A DNA stretch of 64,000 nt, from the NCBI GenBank assembly GCA_050287085.1, contig JBNKBE010000014.1, positions 32,001 to 96,000 of the forward strand. Direction: 5' to 3'. Below the pieces are notes generated by a model. It made no database searches and was not told the DNA's origin. It saw only the letters and a list, made by a program, of their open reading frames with translations. The translations under genes and the position numbers were made by a program. This document shows, piece after piece, positions 48,983 through 59,027 of the stretch. Origin of the DNA: Polyangiaceae bacterium (GTDB lineage: Bacteria > Myxococcota_A > Polyangia > Polyangiales > Polyangiaceae). Every line of letters begins with the position of its first letter. Within the stretch, counting starts at the first letter, position 1.

Positions 48983-50059
48983 TTGATTCTGTCCAAGATC
49001 GTGAACCACGAGCCCGATGCGGCACCCAACAAAGAAGCAATCCACGAAACTTCTGTGTCTGCAATGGTAGGGGTCTCGGTGTCAACGCCCGATTCCACGA
49101 AGGGCCGTCCGTCTTGGAGGTCTCGCTTCGTGCAATGGCTGTGGAGCCCAGACGCGATGGCCAAAACCCTCGCCGAGGCCGAACAAAGCCTGGAACCCGT
49201 ACGGCGCCGCCTGCTCTTGGGACAGAACGCGCGCGAACTTGCCGACCGTGCGCTTTCCCCCATTGAGCCTCCGAGGTACGGAATTGCCTACGCCTCGGCT
49301 GCGGAGTTGTATCGCCAAGCCATGTACTGGCTTGCCGTGGCCAGAGATGACCCAGGTCCGCGTTTCGACGCCACTCTATCGGAATTGCTAACCACCCTCG
49401 AGACGCGATCCCTACTGCACAATCCTCCGGCACTGCCGGCGCAGTCTCTCGCCTGTCGCAGTTTCGAAGACTTCGGCCTTCTTGCGCCCGAGGACGCCCG
49501 GGGCGTCGCGCTAGCCCTTCAGAGTGTGAGCAGCAGCTTACAAGTCCACTCCGACGGTCCGTTTCGCAGGTGGCGCATCTGGCGACGACGCGTAGCAAGA
49601 CTCGGATTGGTCGCCGCCGCGCTGGCACTCATTCCGCTCGCGGTCGTCTACGTTCAAGATCGCTACGCGCTCGATCACGACCTCAGCAGAGGGAAAGCCT
49701 GGAAGGCCAGCTCTCGTATCCGTGCCGGCTGCACCCCCCCAGCCCGAGTCTGCGCTGGCTCCGATGACTTCTTCTTCCACACAAGACGCGAGGCCGAACC
49801 CTGGTTCGAAATCGACTTGGGCTCCCCGCAGCGCTTCTCGAGTCTCTACATCGTCAATCGTCGCGATTGCTGCACGGTGCGGGCCATTCCTCTATTTGTT
49901 GAAGCCTGGATAGATGGCCAATGGCGCCAGCTGGCTCGACGCAATGACAAGTTCGATACTTGGCGTCCCACCTTTGCTCCTGTCACGGCGAGCAAGGTTC
50001 GGTTGAGGGTCGGGCGCTGGAGTACGCTGCACTTGGCTGACGTCCGCGTGCTGCCCTAG
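48983..50059 (+). CDS. Membrane protein with C-terminal discoidin (F5/8 type C) domain
   Basis: TM after WRIWRRR; FFHT...PWFEIDLG...NRRDCC...LHLADVRV; start uncertain. Confidence 0.75.
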   Translation: MILSKIVNHEPDAAPNKEAIHETSVSAMVGVSVSTPDSTKGRPSWRSRFVQWLWSPDAMAKTLAEAEQSLEPVRRRLLLGQNARELADRALSPIEPPRYGIAYASAAELYRQAMYWLAVARDDPGPRFDATLSELLTTLETRSLLHNPPALPAQSLACRSFEDFGLLAPEDARGVALALQSVSSSLQVHSDGPFRRWRIWRRRVARLGLVAAALALIPLAVVYVQDRYALDHDLSRGKAWKASSRIRAGCTPPARVCAGSDDFFFHTRREAEPWFEIDLGSPQRFSSLYIVNRRDCCTVRAIPLFVEAWIDGQWRQLARRNDKFDTWRPTFAPVTASKVRLRVGRWSTLHLADVRVLP

Positions 50060-50239
50060 GTGGACGCTTAGAAAGAACGGCGACGGTACGACGGCATCGG
50101 AGGTGAACAACAACATCGCGCCGCTATCGCCTCGCCCTGAACAATTGCGTCACCGCTGCAGGGTGTCAATTCTGCCCTATAGTGCTTGCGCGGCAAGGCG
50201 CCTGGCGGTCCGCACGTAGCGCCCAGTATGCTTGGGCCC

Positions 50240-51130
50240 ATGAGCTCCCTTGAAAACCCGCGTTCGCCGGCACGTCTCATCGCGTTGGGCACCGCCCTCT
50301 ACCTCCTCAGCTGTGGCGGCAACGACGAGAAAGACAGTGCGACGAACGGGGCCGGTACGCCCATTTCCGGAACAGACGATGTGCTGATTGACCCAGGCAG
50401 TGGAAACGGCTCGCCAAAGGGGGACAGCCGCAGCCTCAACCAAGATGGCTGCTCCCCTAATTTCACGGGCATCGTGCGGGACTTTCGCGCCGATCACCCA
50501 GACTTCGAAGCCTTCGCTGCAAACGGCATTGCGCCCGGAATCGTCGAGGAGTCGTTGGGTGCCGATCGCAAGCCAGTATACCGCCAGTCAGGCACGGGCT
50601 ACCGAGACGGCGCTCACTACAACCCGAACGGTCAACAAGTGACCACCAGCCGCGCCAACTTCGATCAGTGGTACCGTACCACCGACGGGGTCAATCAGGA
50701 GTTCGCGTTCATCGTCCCCTTCGAAGCCACAGGCACCGCATTGCACTACAGCAACGCGGCCTTCTTTCCTATCGATGGTCGCGGATTCGGCGATACGAAT
50801 GGTCACAACTACTGGTTCACATTCGAACTGCACACGACCTTCACCTACGAGGGGGGCGAAGTGTTCACCTTCGTGGGCGATGACGATCTGTGGGCGTTCA
50901 TCAACGGCAAACTGGCCGTCGACGTAGGCGGTACTCACGAAAAAGAGTCGGGCACCGTCAATCTTGACAATGAGGCGTCACGACTTGGGCTCGAGGTGGG
51001 CAACACCTACCCACTGGACCTCTTCCACGCCGAGCGTCACACCGTCGACTCGAACTTTCAAGTCGAGACCAACATCGTCTTCAACAACTGCGATCCGATC
51101 TTCACCGACGACGTACAACTCGTTCAGTAA
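50240..51130 (+). CDS. Fibro-slime (PA14-like) domain lipoprotein
   Basis: Lipobox YLLSC; RDF...HPDFE, FDQWY, FFPIDG, HNYWFTFELH, F.GDDDLW.FING.LAVD.GG.H, AERH. Confidence 0.92.
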   Translation: MSSLENPRSPARLIALGTALYLLSCGGNDEKDSATNGAGTPISGTDDVLIDPGSGNGSPKGDSRSLNQDGCSPNFTGIVRDFRADHPDFEAFAANGIAPGIVEESLGADRKPVYRQSGTGYRDGAHYNPNGQQVTTSRANFDQWYRTTDGVNQEFAFIVPFEATGTALHYSNAAFFPIDGRGFGDTNGHNYWFTFELHTTFTYEGGEVFTFVGDDDLWAFINGKLAVDVGGTHEKESGTVNLDNEASRLGLEVGNTYPLDLFHAERHTVDSNFQVETNIVFNNCDPIFTDDVQLVQ

Positions 51131-51133
51131 AGG

Positions 51134-54100
51134 CTATCCGACTTCGGCGGCCCGATCGGAACGCGCGTGCCACTCCTGGATGCTGCGCACCTGAGGCGGA
51201 CCGTCAAGCATAGCCCACGCTTCCAATGCTTCCGTCGCAGCCAAGGCCGCCGCCATGGTCGTGAAGTAGGGCACGTTGGCAAGAAGGGCACTACGCCGGA
51301 TGGCGTAGCTATCGCGAATCGCCTGAGCGCCTTGGCTTGTGTTGACGACCAAGTGAACATTGCCGGACTCAATGGCGTCGACGCAGTGGGGCGAGCCGTC
51401 GCGGACCTTGTTGATTCGCTCGCAAGGAATACGGGCACTGCGCAGTGCTTCCGCTGTGCCACCGGTAGCAACGAGTGTGAAGCCTAGATTGCGCAGCCGG
51501 CGCGCAATAAGGCACGCGTTCGGCTTGTCTTCTACGTTGACGCTGATGAAAGCACGCCCGAGCTTTGGGAGCTTCATACCCGTTGCCAGTAGCGACTTAC
51601 CAAACGCGATGGCGGCGTGGGTACTGATCCCCATGACTTCACCCGTTGAACGCATCTCGGGTCCAAGAATGGTGTCTACCCCAGGAAACTTGGTGAAGGG
51701 GAACACAGACTCTTTGGCGGCGAAGTGGGTCGGTTGCGCTCGGTCGTAGATGCCAAGCTCATCGAGTGTCTTGCCTACCATCAGTTGCGCCGCCACCTTG
51801 GCGAGCGGCAGTCCGATCGCCTTGGAAACGAAGGGAACCGTCCGCGACGCACGAGGATTGACCTCAATCAGATAGACCTCGTTGTCCTTGATCGCAAACT
51901 GAGCGTTCATGAGGCCGACCACACCCAACTCCACGGCGATGTCGCGAGCTTGTTGCTCGATCCGGGCCACGACCTCCGGGGACAATGAGAACGGCGGCAG
52001 AACGCTCGTCGAGTCGCCCGAATGGACTCCCGCTTCCTCCACGTGCTGCATCACCCCCCCGATCACGGCGCGCCGACCGTCCGCAATGCAGTCAACGTCA
52101 ACCTCGACCGCATTCTTGAGAAACTGATCGATGAGCAAGCTGGTGTTTCCGGCCTCCTTTGCCGCCTCAAGCGCCAACTGAGCGTACGCTTCTAGCTCCG
52201 AGCTGTTGTGGCAGACCATCATGGCCCGCCCGCCCAACACGTAGGAGGGTCGTACCAATACCGGAAATCCAATGCTCTCGGCCACGCGGAGGGCATCATC
52301 CAGACCACGCGCAATGCCGGCCTGAGGGCGTTTCAGATCCAGCTTGGTCAAGAGCTCGTCGAAACGTTCGCGATCCTCGGCGCGATCGATCGCATCGGCG
52401 GGTGTGCCAAGCAGCCTTATTCCCCGCTGCTCCAAAGGCACCGCCAACTTGAGAGGCGTCTGTCCACCGAACTGCACCACAACGCCTAGCAACTCACCCG
52501 TTGCGGCTTCTTCCTCACAGATGTTGAGTACGTCTTCGAGTGTGAGAGGCTCGAAGTACAAGCGATCCGAAGTGTCATAGTCGGTAGAAACCGTTTCCGG
52601 ATTGCAGTTGACCATGACCGCTTCAATCCCCAACTCGCGCAGGGCAAAGACTGCATGGCAGCAGCAGTAGTCAAACTCGATCCCTTGACCGATGCGGTTC
52701 GGGCCGCCGCCGAGAATGATCACCTTCCGCCGTGGCGCAATGTCGGACTCTGACTCGGTCTCGTAGGTTGAGTAGAGATAGGGAGTAAGTGCAGGAAACT
52801 CGGCTGCACAAGTATCGACGCGAGCATATACCGCGCTGATGCCGAACGCCTTGCGCGCGGCTCGGATCGCGTCCTCCGTCGACCCGCGAAGGCGCGCAAT
52901 CTGGGCGTCCCCGAATCCCATGCGCTTGACCTCGCGCATGAGCTCCGCGTCTAGTTCTGGAGCATGTTTGATGCTTTGTTCGGCAGCGACAATGCCGGCA
53001 AACTGCGCGACGAACCACGGATCCATTCCGGTGCGCTCGATAATCTGTTGCTCGGTGATACCGAGTCGCAATGCGTCCAACACGTAGAACAATCGTTCCG
53101 CACTGGGAACGGCGATCCTTTCGAGAAGGATCGGACGAAGCTCATCACGCTTTGCCGGAGGCAGACTCGGCTTGGGCCGATACTCCGGAGGGGCTTCGAG
53201 CACCAAGTTGCGCCCCGGTGATGGCTGGTCGTCAAGCTGGCGGTAGTCGATGCGATCGAGCAGCGACATCATGCCGTCCTTGCCGGTTTCGAGCGAACGA
53301 GCCGCTTTCTGAAGCGCCTCCGAAAACGTTCGCCCAATGCTCATGACCTCGCCGACACTCTTCATCTGAGTGCCGAGGCGCGCGTTGCTGCCCGGAAATT
53401 TCTCGAACGCAAAGCGCGGCCACTTCACAACAACGTAGTCTATCGTTGGCTCGAAAGCGGCACTGGTCCCGGTGATGTCGTTCTTCAGCTCATCGAGGGT
53501 GAACCCGACCGCGAGCTTCGCTGCGATCTTGGCGATCGGATAGCCAGTAGCCTTCGATGCCAACGCGCTCGATCGCGACACACGCGGGTTCATCTCGATA
53601 ACGATGATGCGACCGTCCTCCGGATTGACCGCGAACTGCACATTGGACCCCCCGGTTTCTACGCCAATCTCATGCATGACGGCGCGAGCCGCATCGCGAA
53701 GCCGCTGGTATTCGCGGTCGGTCAGCGTCATCGACGGAGCCACCGTAATCGAGTCACCCGTATGAACACCCATCGGGTCGACGTTCTCGATGGTGCACAC
53801 AACGATGAAGTTGTCGGCTCGGTCACGAATGACTTCGAGTTCGTACTCCTTCCAACCGAGCAAGCTTTCCTCAACGAGCACTTCGTGCGTCGGTGACTGG
53901 CTCAGCGCCCACTCCACTTTCTCGTCGAAGTCAGCCGGATCCTCGACGATCGCGCCCCCGGCGCCACCTAGGGTGAAACTCGGACGCAAGATCGCCGGAA
54001 AGCCGGTGGTTTTAACCACCTCGCGAGCTTCTTCGAGCGACCCCGCGTGCCCAGAACGGGCCGATGCCAACCCCGCGCGGTCCATCGCTTGCTTGAATAG

Positions 54101-54490
54101 CTCGCGATCCTCGGCCCGCTTGATGGCGTCGACTTGCGCCCCGAGAAGCTTGACACCATTGCGCGAGAGCGCGCCCGAAGCATGTAGTGCCAGCGCCGCG
54201 TTGAGCGCTGTCTGTCCCCCGAGCGTGGGCAAGAGTGCGTCCGGGCGCTCACGCTCGATAATGGCCTCCAACGTGTCGTGCTCGATGGGTTCGATATACG
54301 TACGCCGAACGAGCTCCGGGTCGGTCATGATGGTGGCCGGATTGCTGTTGACCAGAACAACATCGTAGCCCAACTCGACTAGAGCCTTTGCGCCTTGCGT
54401 CCCAGAGTAATCAAACTCGCAGGCCTGACCAATGACGATCGGTCCAGAGCCGATGAGGAGAATCTTCTTGATGTCGTCGCGTCGCGGCAT
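51134..54490 (-). CDS. carB: Carbamoyl-phosphate synthase large subunit
   Basis: [42 protein letters not shown], second ATP-grasp, MGS domain. Confidence 0.98.
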   Translation of the reverse strand: MPRRDDIKKILLIGSGPIVIGQACEFDYSGTQGAKALVELGYDVVLVNSNPATIMTDPELVRRTYIEPIEHDTLEAIIERERPDALLPTLGGQTALNAALALHASGALSRNGVKLLGAQVDAIKRAEDRELFKQAMDRAGLASARSGHAGSLEEAREVVKTTGFPAILRPSFTLGGAGGAIVEDPADFDEKVEWALSQSPTHEVLVEESLLGWKEYELEVIRDRADNFIVVCTIENVDPMGVHTGDSITVAPSMTLTDREYQRLRDAARAVMHEIGVETGGSNVQFAVNPEDGRIIVIEMNPRVSRSSALASKATGYPIAKIAAKLAVGFTLDELKNDITGTSAAFEPTIDYVVVKWPRFAFEKFPGSNARLGTQMKSVGEVMSIGRTFSEALQKAARSLETGKDGMMSLLDRIDYRQLDDQPSPGRNLVLEAPPEYRPKPSLPPAKRDELRPILLERIAVPSAERLFYVLDALRLGITEQQIIERTGMDPWFVAQFAGIVAAEQSIKHAPELDAELMREVKRMGFGDAQIARLRGSTEDAIRAARKAFGISAVYARVDTCAAEFPALTPYLYSTYETESESDIAPRRKVIILGGGPNRIGQGIEFDYCCCHAVFALRELGIEAVMVNCNPETVSTDYDTSDRLYFEPLTLEDVLNICEEEAATGELLGVVVQFGGQTPLKLAVPLEQRGIRLLGTPADAIDRAEDRERFDELLTKLDLKRPQAGIARGLDDALRVAESIGFPVLVRPSYVLGGRAMMVCHNSSELEAYAQLALEAAKEAGNTSLLIDQFLKNAVEVDVDCIADGRRAVIGGVMQHVEEAGVHSGDSTSVLPPFSLSPEVVARIEQQARDIAVELGVVGLMNAQFAIKDNEVYLIEVNPRASRTVPFVSKAIGLPLAKVAAQLMVGKTLDELGIYDRAQPTHFAAKESVFPFTKFPGVDTILGPEMRSTGEVMGISTHAAIAFGKSLLATGMKLPKLGRAFISVNVEDKPNACLIARRLRNLGFTLVATGGTAEALRSARIPCERINKVRDGSPHCVDAIESGNVHLVVNTSQGAQAIRDSYAIRRSALLANVPYFTTMAAALAATEALEAWAMLDGPPQVRSIQEWHARSDRAAEVG

Positions 54491-54845
54491 GGCCGGCACC
54501 TACCACACCTGACGGACTAGAAAGACCCCCAAAGCAGCCCCGGACACGCGCCGACCGGCCCTGCGCGAACGACGGGCCGCCGGCGATTCGCTCGCCGGGC
54601 TCCCCGGGGCGAACACGCCTTGCCGACCCCTTGCTATTTCAATACAAGTGCAACTTCGCCGGGGGCTTTCGATAGTCTTGAACCGTCGTATGCTCCCGGA
54701 GGAATGGTCGCTCCGCTCACCCCTGCTCTGAGCGCCGATAGTCCTGTCGGCGTCCATTGTGCCTCGAGTCTACTCCGCCCCGCTCATGCTTCGCCTCCTG
54801 CCTCACTTGCGTGGCTCCTGCCCCCAAGCGCTGGACCACTTCCGA

Positions 54846-55724
54846 ATGCCCCCCCCCGGTGCGACCAAAAACGGCCCGCAGCGGCGCCGGCTCCCAGCAG
54901 CGCTGTGGATGATATGCGCTGCGCTCTCACTGGGCGCTGGATGGTCTCGACCTGCATGGGCGCAAGCCGGTCCGGATGAGTTGGCAAGACGGCACTTTGA
55001 GTCCGGAGCCGCGTACTTCGAGCAGGCCGAATACGATCCGGCCTTGCGAGAGTTCAGGAAGGCCTACGAGCTCTCGGGAAGGCCCCAGATTCTGCGCAAC
55101 ATCTCGGTCGTTGAGGAGCGTCTGGGGCGGCTGGACGTAGCGGTGGAAGCTCTTGACCAGTACTTGGCGGCGGCTCCAGACGACCCCGACATCAAGACCG
55201 TCCGCATTCGGCGCGACAATCTCGCCAAGCGTCTCGAGCAAAAACGTCTCGAGCAAGAACAGGCTGAACTGGAGAAGACCGAGGCGATTGCCGCCGCCCC
55301 GGTGACGACCAGCCCGGTGCCCGCCTCGCCCCCGAGTCCCCCCGCAGAGCTCCCGCCCCCAGAGCCGATGGAGGCCCCTGCCTCACCGCCCGATCCGAGA
55401 AGCTACCAGCCTGCCGCCTATTGGTTGCTGGGCATCGCCGGACTGAGCGCTAGCGGTGCGGTGCTCACCGGCGTTCTAGCCCAAGGGGAACACGACTCAC
55501 TCAGTCGCACGTGCGCCCCCGACTGCGCAGCATCGCAGGTTAGCACAGGGGAACGTCTTGCCCTCGCAAGCACCGCGTTCACTGGAGCAGCTCTGCTTAG
55601 CGCCGGGGTCTCAGTCGTGCTCTTCGCGCTGAGCGACGCCGACGCTAAGAGCCAAGGCAACGTTTCATGGCTGCTCGATTGGTCGCCCAGCGGTGGCTCA
55701 GCTTCTGCCCAATGGTCGTTCTAA
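54846..55724 (+). CDS. Exported TPR protein with Pro-rich linker and C-terminal hydrophobic segments
   Basis: Signal peptide ending PAWA; ARRHFESG..YF...Y..ALREF..AY; C-terminal WSF; start uncertain (54759-54846). Confidence 0.75.
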   Translation: MPPPGATKNGPQRRRLPAALWMICAALSLGAGWSRPAWAQAGPDELARRHFESGAAYFEQAEYDPALREFRKAYELSGRPQILRNISVVEERLGRLDVAVEALDQYLAAAPDDPDIKTVRIRRDNLAKRLEQKRLEQEQAELEKTEAIAAAPVTTSPVPASPPSPPAELPPPEPMEAPASPPDPRSYQPAAYWLLGIAGLSASGAVLTGVLAQGEHDSLSRTCAPDCAASQVSTGERLALASTAFTGAALLSAGVSVVLFALSDADAKSQGNVSWLLDWSPSGGSASAQWSF

Positions 55725-57175
55725 TGAGTTCCGCAAGGCGAATCCAAGGCCGGCTGCTTTGCCTCGCACTGTCGCTCCCAGGTTGTTCCTTCGTGCTCGA
55801 CTTCGAGGAGCTAACCCGGGGAGACGACGATGCACCCAACCAGACACCGGATGGGGGCAGTGACAAATGCGGCACGTGCAATGATGGCGACCCATGCACC
55901 GTCGACACGTGCCAAGCCGGCGCTTGTGTGCACAAGCCCATGCTCTGCACGAGTGACGACCCGTGCAGCCAGAGCGTGTGCCGAGCTGGCGCATGTGTAG
56001 CCGAGCCTCGGCTAGGACCGGTCACCCTGGACAGCGAACACATGGTCCAAGTGGGGACTGCCATTAGCAATTCCTTGGTTGCATCCGCTGACCGCGTCTT
56101 TGCTTCCACGTTGGCGACCTTCGACGACAGCGCAGTCGACATCGTCCTTTCCAGCTTCAGCGCAGATCCGGACGGCGTTGATAAGTCCACGCGAATAGCC
56201 GAGGCGCTAGCCGATGGCTATGGGGTTGCGAGTCCGGCGGCCCTTTGGGTGAACGATAACCTGCTCCACGTATACGTGGCCATGTCAGCCACGGATGCGG
56301 ACTCGGAACTGGGCGAGGTCGTGGACGTATCCCTCGACGTCAACCTCGAATTGGCGACCACGAAGGCCACACCGTTGGCAAGTGAGCCGTCGCTATTGCT
56401 GACAAGCTACGCTCACGGTCCGACCGTAGCCGCGCTCCCCAATCATGCACGAATCGTGGCTTGGTACGGTCGCGGCTCCGCCGGCGAGACAGGGCTATTT
56501 GTGACGGCAAACGACGCGCCGATCGACCTGCGCTCCCCGGGTGCACACTTCATTGGAGAAGGCGCCGGGCTTCGAGCGCTCTCTGCACTGGGTACAGAAC
56601 TCGCTCCCGGCGCGGCGTGGATCGACGACGCGGGACAAGTCAAGGTAGCCACGACGCGCTCCGCCACCGAACTCATACCCATGTGCTCCCTGGGCCCCGC
56701 ACCACGCAACCTGCGTGCGATCCGAGTGACCGACACACTCTGGGCGCTTACCTGGACGACCGGCAAACAGAGCCACCCAGCCACAGAAACGAGCTTCGTC
56801 TTTTGCGATGACGACGGCTGCTCCCTCCCCGCGGACTGGAAGGAGTGCAGCGAAACGACCTTCCCTGAGCGCGTCCAAAGCGGCATCGCGGAGCTCGCTA
56901 GCACGACCCTCTTGGCTGAAGCCATCCCCGGGCCGCTCCAGCTGAGCGCCATCGCAAGCGAAGCGGGACTCGGCGTGGCGTTGTTCGACAACCAAACGGG
57001 CGAAGCTGTGGGCCCCGCCCGCGAGCTCGTGGCGGCCGGCGACGCAGCGTTACCCCACAAGCTAGATGTGGTTCTGCTGCCCCACCGCGAGGGGGCAGTC
57101 AGCTGGATAGGAGCCGGCTCAGAAGCGGATGTGTTGCATCTCCAGAAGCTAGCACTCTGTCTACCTGACCCATAG
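55724..57175 (+). CDS. Lipoprotein with Dictyostelium-type Cys-rich repeats
   Basis: Lipobox LPGC; CNDGDPCTVDTCQAGAC and CTSDDPCSQSVCRAGAC; TAATG overlap with the upstream gene. Confidence 0.8.
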   Translation: MSSARRIQGRLLCLALSLPGCSFVLDFEELTRGDDDAPNQTPDGGSDKCGTCNDGDPCTVDTCQAGACVHKPMLCTSDDPCSQSVCRAGACVAEPRLGPVTLDSEHMVQVGTAISNSLVASADRVFASTLATFDDSAVDIVLSSFSADPDGVDKSTRIAEALADGYGVASPAALWVNDNLLHVYVAMSATDADSELGEVVDVSLDVNLELATTKATPLASEPSLLLTSYAHGPTVAALPNHARIVAWYGRGSAGETGLFVTANDAPIDLRSPGAHFIGEGAGLRALSALGTELAPGAAWIDDAGQVKVATTRSATELIPMCSLGPAPRNLRAIRVTDTLWALTWTTGKQSHPATETSFVFCDDDGCSLPADWKECSETTFPERVQSGIAELASTTLLAEAIPGPLQLSAIASEAGLGVALFDNQTGEAVGPARELVAAGDAALPHKLDVVLLPHREGAVSWIGAGSEADVLHLQKLALCLPDP

Positions 57176-57355
57176 TGAGCTATAAGCCCCGTGGCACACC
57201 GGGCGTTTCGGCAGGCGGAACAACCCGAGCGCTGGCGGGCCACCGCGTGGGACACCGCGGTGAGCGAGCAAGCTCCCTCCCCGCTCCTCCGCTCAAAGCT
57301 TCCCCAAGGCGTCCATGGCTAGACGCGAGTCGGCCAGCAGTCTAGACTACGTGCC

Positions 57356-58147
57356 GTGGTGAGGTTGAGCCATGGTACTTCGACACGTGGCAGGGGCAGA
57401 CTCCGCTGGCGTTGGGGCCGTGATCGGACGCCAAGGGGTGGGCGACTCGGCGGGTGCGCCGCGCGGATGCTCGCGCTCGGGCTCGGGTGGCTGACATGGG
57501 GCGCTGTCACGTCGAGCACCAGCTGGGCGCAAGACGCAGCGGCTCCCGTAGACGAAGTCGTGGAGGAAGGCACCGTTGAAGAATCGGGGGAGGACGACCC
57601 TGAAGCGCCCAATGCAGCGGGGAATGATGTCCCTCAGACAGACGATGAGAACGAAGTGAGCGCTGTGGTCACAACTCCGGACGAAGCGGACGAAGGCCCC
57701 GCCGCGGATGCGGAGCCAAGCGCCGAGTCAACCGTGACCGCGGAGTTGCCCCCACCGGAACACGAAGACCCTGAGCCCAGACGTGCCGCGCCGTGGCTTG
57801 TGGCGATGGAGCGTACTGGGCTCCAACGACAAACGCCGCCCCTCTCAGCTCGGCAACCGCGCACGCCCCCGATGCACACGGCGTCGGTCGGGCAAGTCCC
57901 GTCCGCGGTCCACGTGCCCGCGCCCCAGGCTACGGACGAGGCTCCCCACGAGCTACCGGTAGCAGCTGACCTAAGTCAGCCCACCCGACAAAAAGTGGTC
58001 GCCCTCAGAGAAAGCAGCGCCCGCCGAACGATACCACCAAGCCCGGATGATGGTGCCTGGAACTGGCTATGGCTCCTCGCAGCGACCGCCCTCGGCTGCT
58101 TGGTTCCAGTGGGCATGCTGCTAAGCCGAGCCACGCGCAAGGGCTAG
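57356..58147 (+). CDS. Acidic low-complexity surface protein with C-terminal anchor
   Basis: Signal-like segment ending SWA; E/D/P-rich body; C-terminal TM followed by RATRKG. Confidence 0.6.
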   Translation: MVRLSHGTSTRGRGRLRWRWGRDRTPRGGRLGGCAARMLALGLGWLTWGAVTSSTSWAQDAAAPVDEVVEEGTVEESGEDDPEAPNAAGNDVPQTDDENEVSAVVTTPDEADEGPAADAEPSAESTVTAELPPPEHEDPEPRRAAPWLVAMERTGLQRQTPPLSARQPRTPPMHTASVGQVPSAVHVPAPQATDEAPHELPVAADLSQPTRQKVVALRESSARRTIPPSPDDGAWNWLWLLAATALGCLVPVGMLLSRATRKG

Positions 58148-58170
58148 CAGACCCATCGGCGCTATTCGTC

Positions 58171-58989
58171 TCACCCGACCAAGAAGGAAACGAAGTAGTC
58201 CAGCGCAAAGACGCCCACCGCACTGACCACCACGCTTGTCGTCACAGTGCGACCTACGCCGGGCGCCCCCCCTGACGTCGACATTCCGAACTGACAGGTT
58301 GCGGCTGCAACGACCCAGCCGAATCCGACGCTCTTGAGCAGGCCGTGGACAACGTCGCCCGAACCCAGCTTTCCGCCAACGACACCCTGGAAGAAGATCA
58401 CGGGGTCGACTTCCAACAACACGTCGCCCACGAGCGCCGCGCCGCAAAGCGCCAGAATGTCCGAGAAGACGGTGGACAAGAAGAAGGTGACCACTATCGC
58501 GATAAAGCGAGGCGCCACGAGATAACCCATCGGATCGATCGCCAACGCGCGCAGCCCATCGACCTGCTCGGTCACGACCATGGTGCCTAGCTCCGCTGCG
58601 TTGTTTGCGCCAACACGACCCGACAACATAAGCGCTGTCAGGAGCGGACCAAGCTCGCGGAGCGTGCTGTATCCCGCTGCCCAACCGAGCAGACCTTTTG
58701 CATTGAAGCGTTCCACTATGGGTGCTGCCTGCAGCACCATGATGGCCCCGACGAATAGGGCGGTGAAGGCGACAATAGGCAAGCTGTGCACCCCCATTCG
58801 ATGCATGTTGCGTACCAGCTCGTGGAGATCTACGCGCAGGCGAACAGCCCTGCTAACGACAGCTCCGGTCAGTACCCCCATGCCGCCAACAGTGCCCGCG
58901 AGATTGAGAAAAGCCTCGCCAATACGAGCAGCACTGCTTGCTAACATGATGACGTGCTCAGCATATCGCGCCGCGTCGACGATAGGCAC
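58171..58989 (-). CDS. mlaE: MlaE family ABC transporter permease
   Basis: RELGPLLTALMLSGRVG...AELGTM.VTEQVDGL, GG..GVG...T.SVV. Confidence 0.92.
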   Translation of the reverse strand: MPIVDAARYAEHVIMLASSAARIGEAFLNLAGTVGGMGVLTGAVVSRAVRLRVDLHELVRNMHRMGVHSLPIVAFTALFVGAIMVLQAAPIVERFNAKGLLGWAAGYSTLRELGPLLTALMLSGRVGANNAAELGTMVVTEQVDGLRALAIDPMGYLVAPRFIAIVVTFFLSTVFSDILALCGAALVGDVLLEVDPVIFFQGVVGGKLGSGDVVHGLLKSVGFGWVVAAATCQFGMSTSGGAPGVGRTVTTSVVVSAVGVFALDYFVSFLVG

Positions 58990-59027
58990 TCAAAACTCAA
59001 TCTCGTACTGTTCCGTCAGCATCCGTC

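Noticed and set aside
57356..58147. MYXO-CTERM sorting signal
   Set aside because: The Cys lies inside the hydrophobic segment rather than in a GC motif before it; treated as a plain anchor
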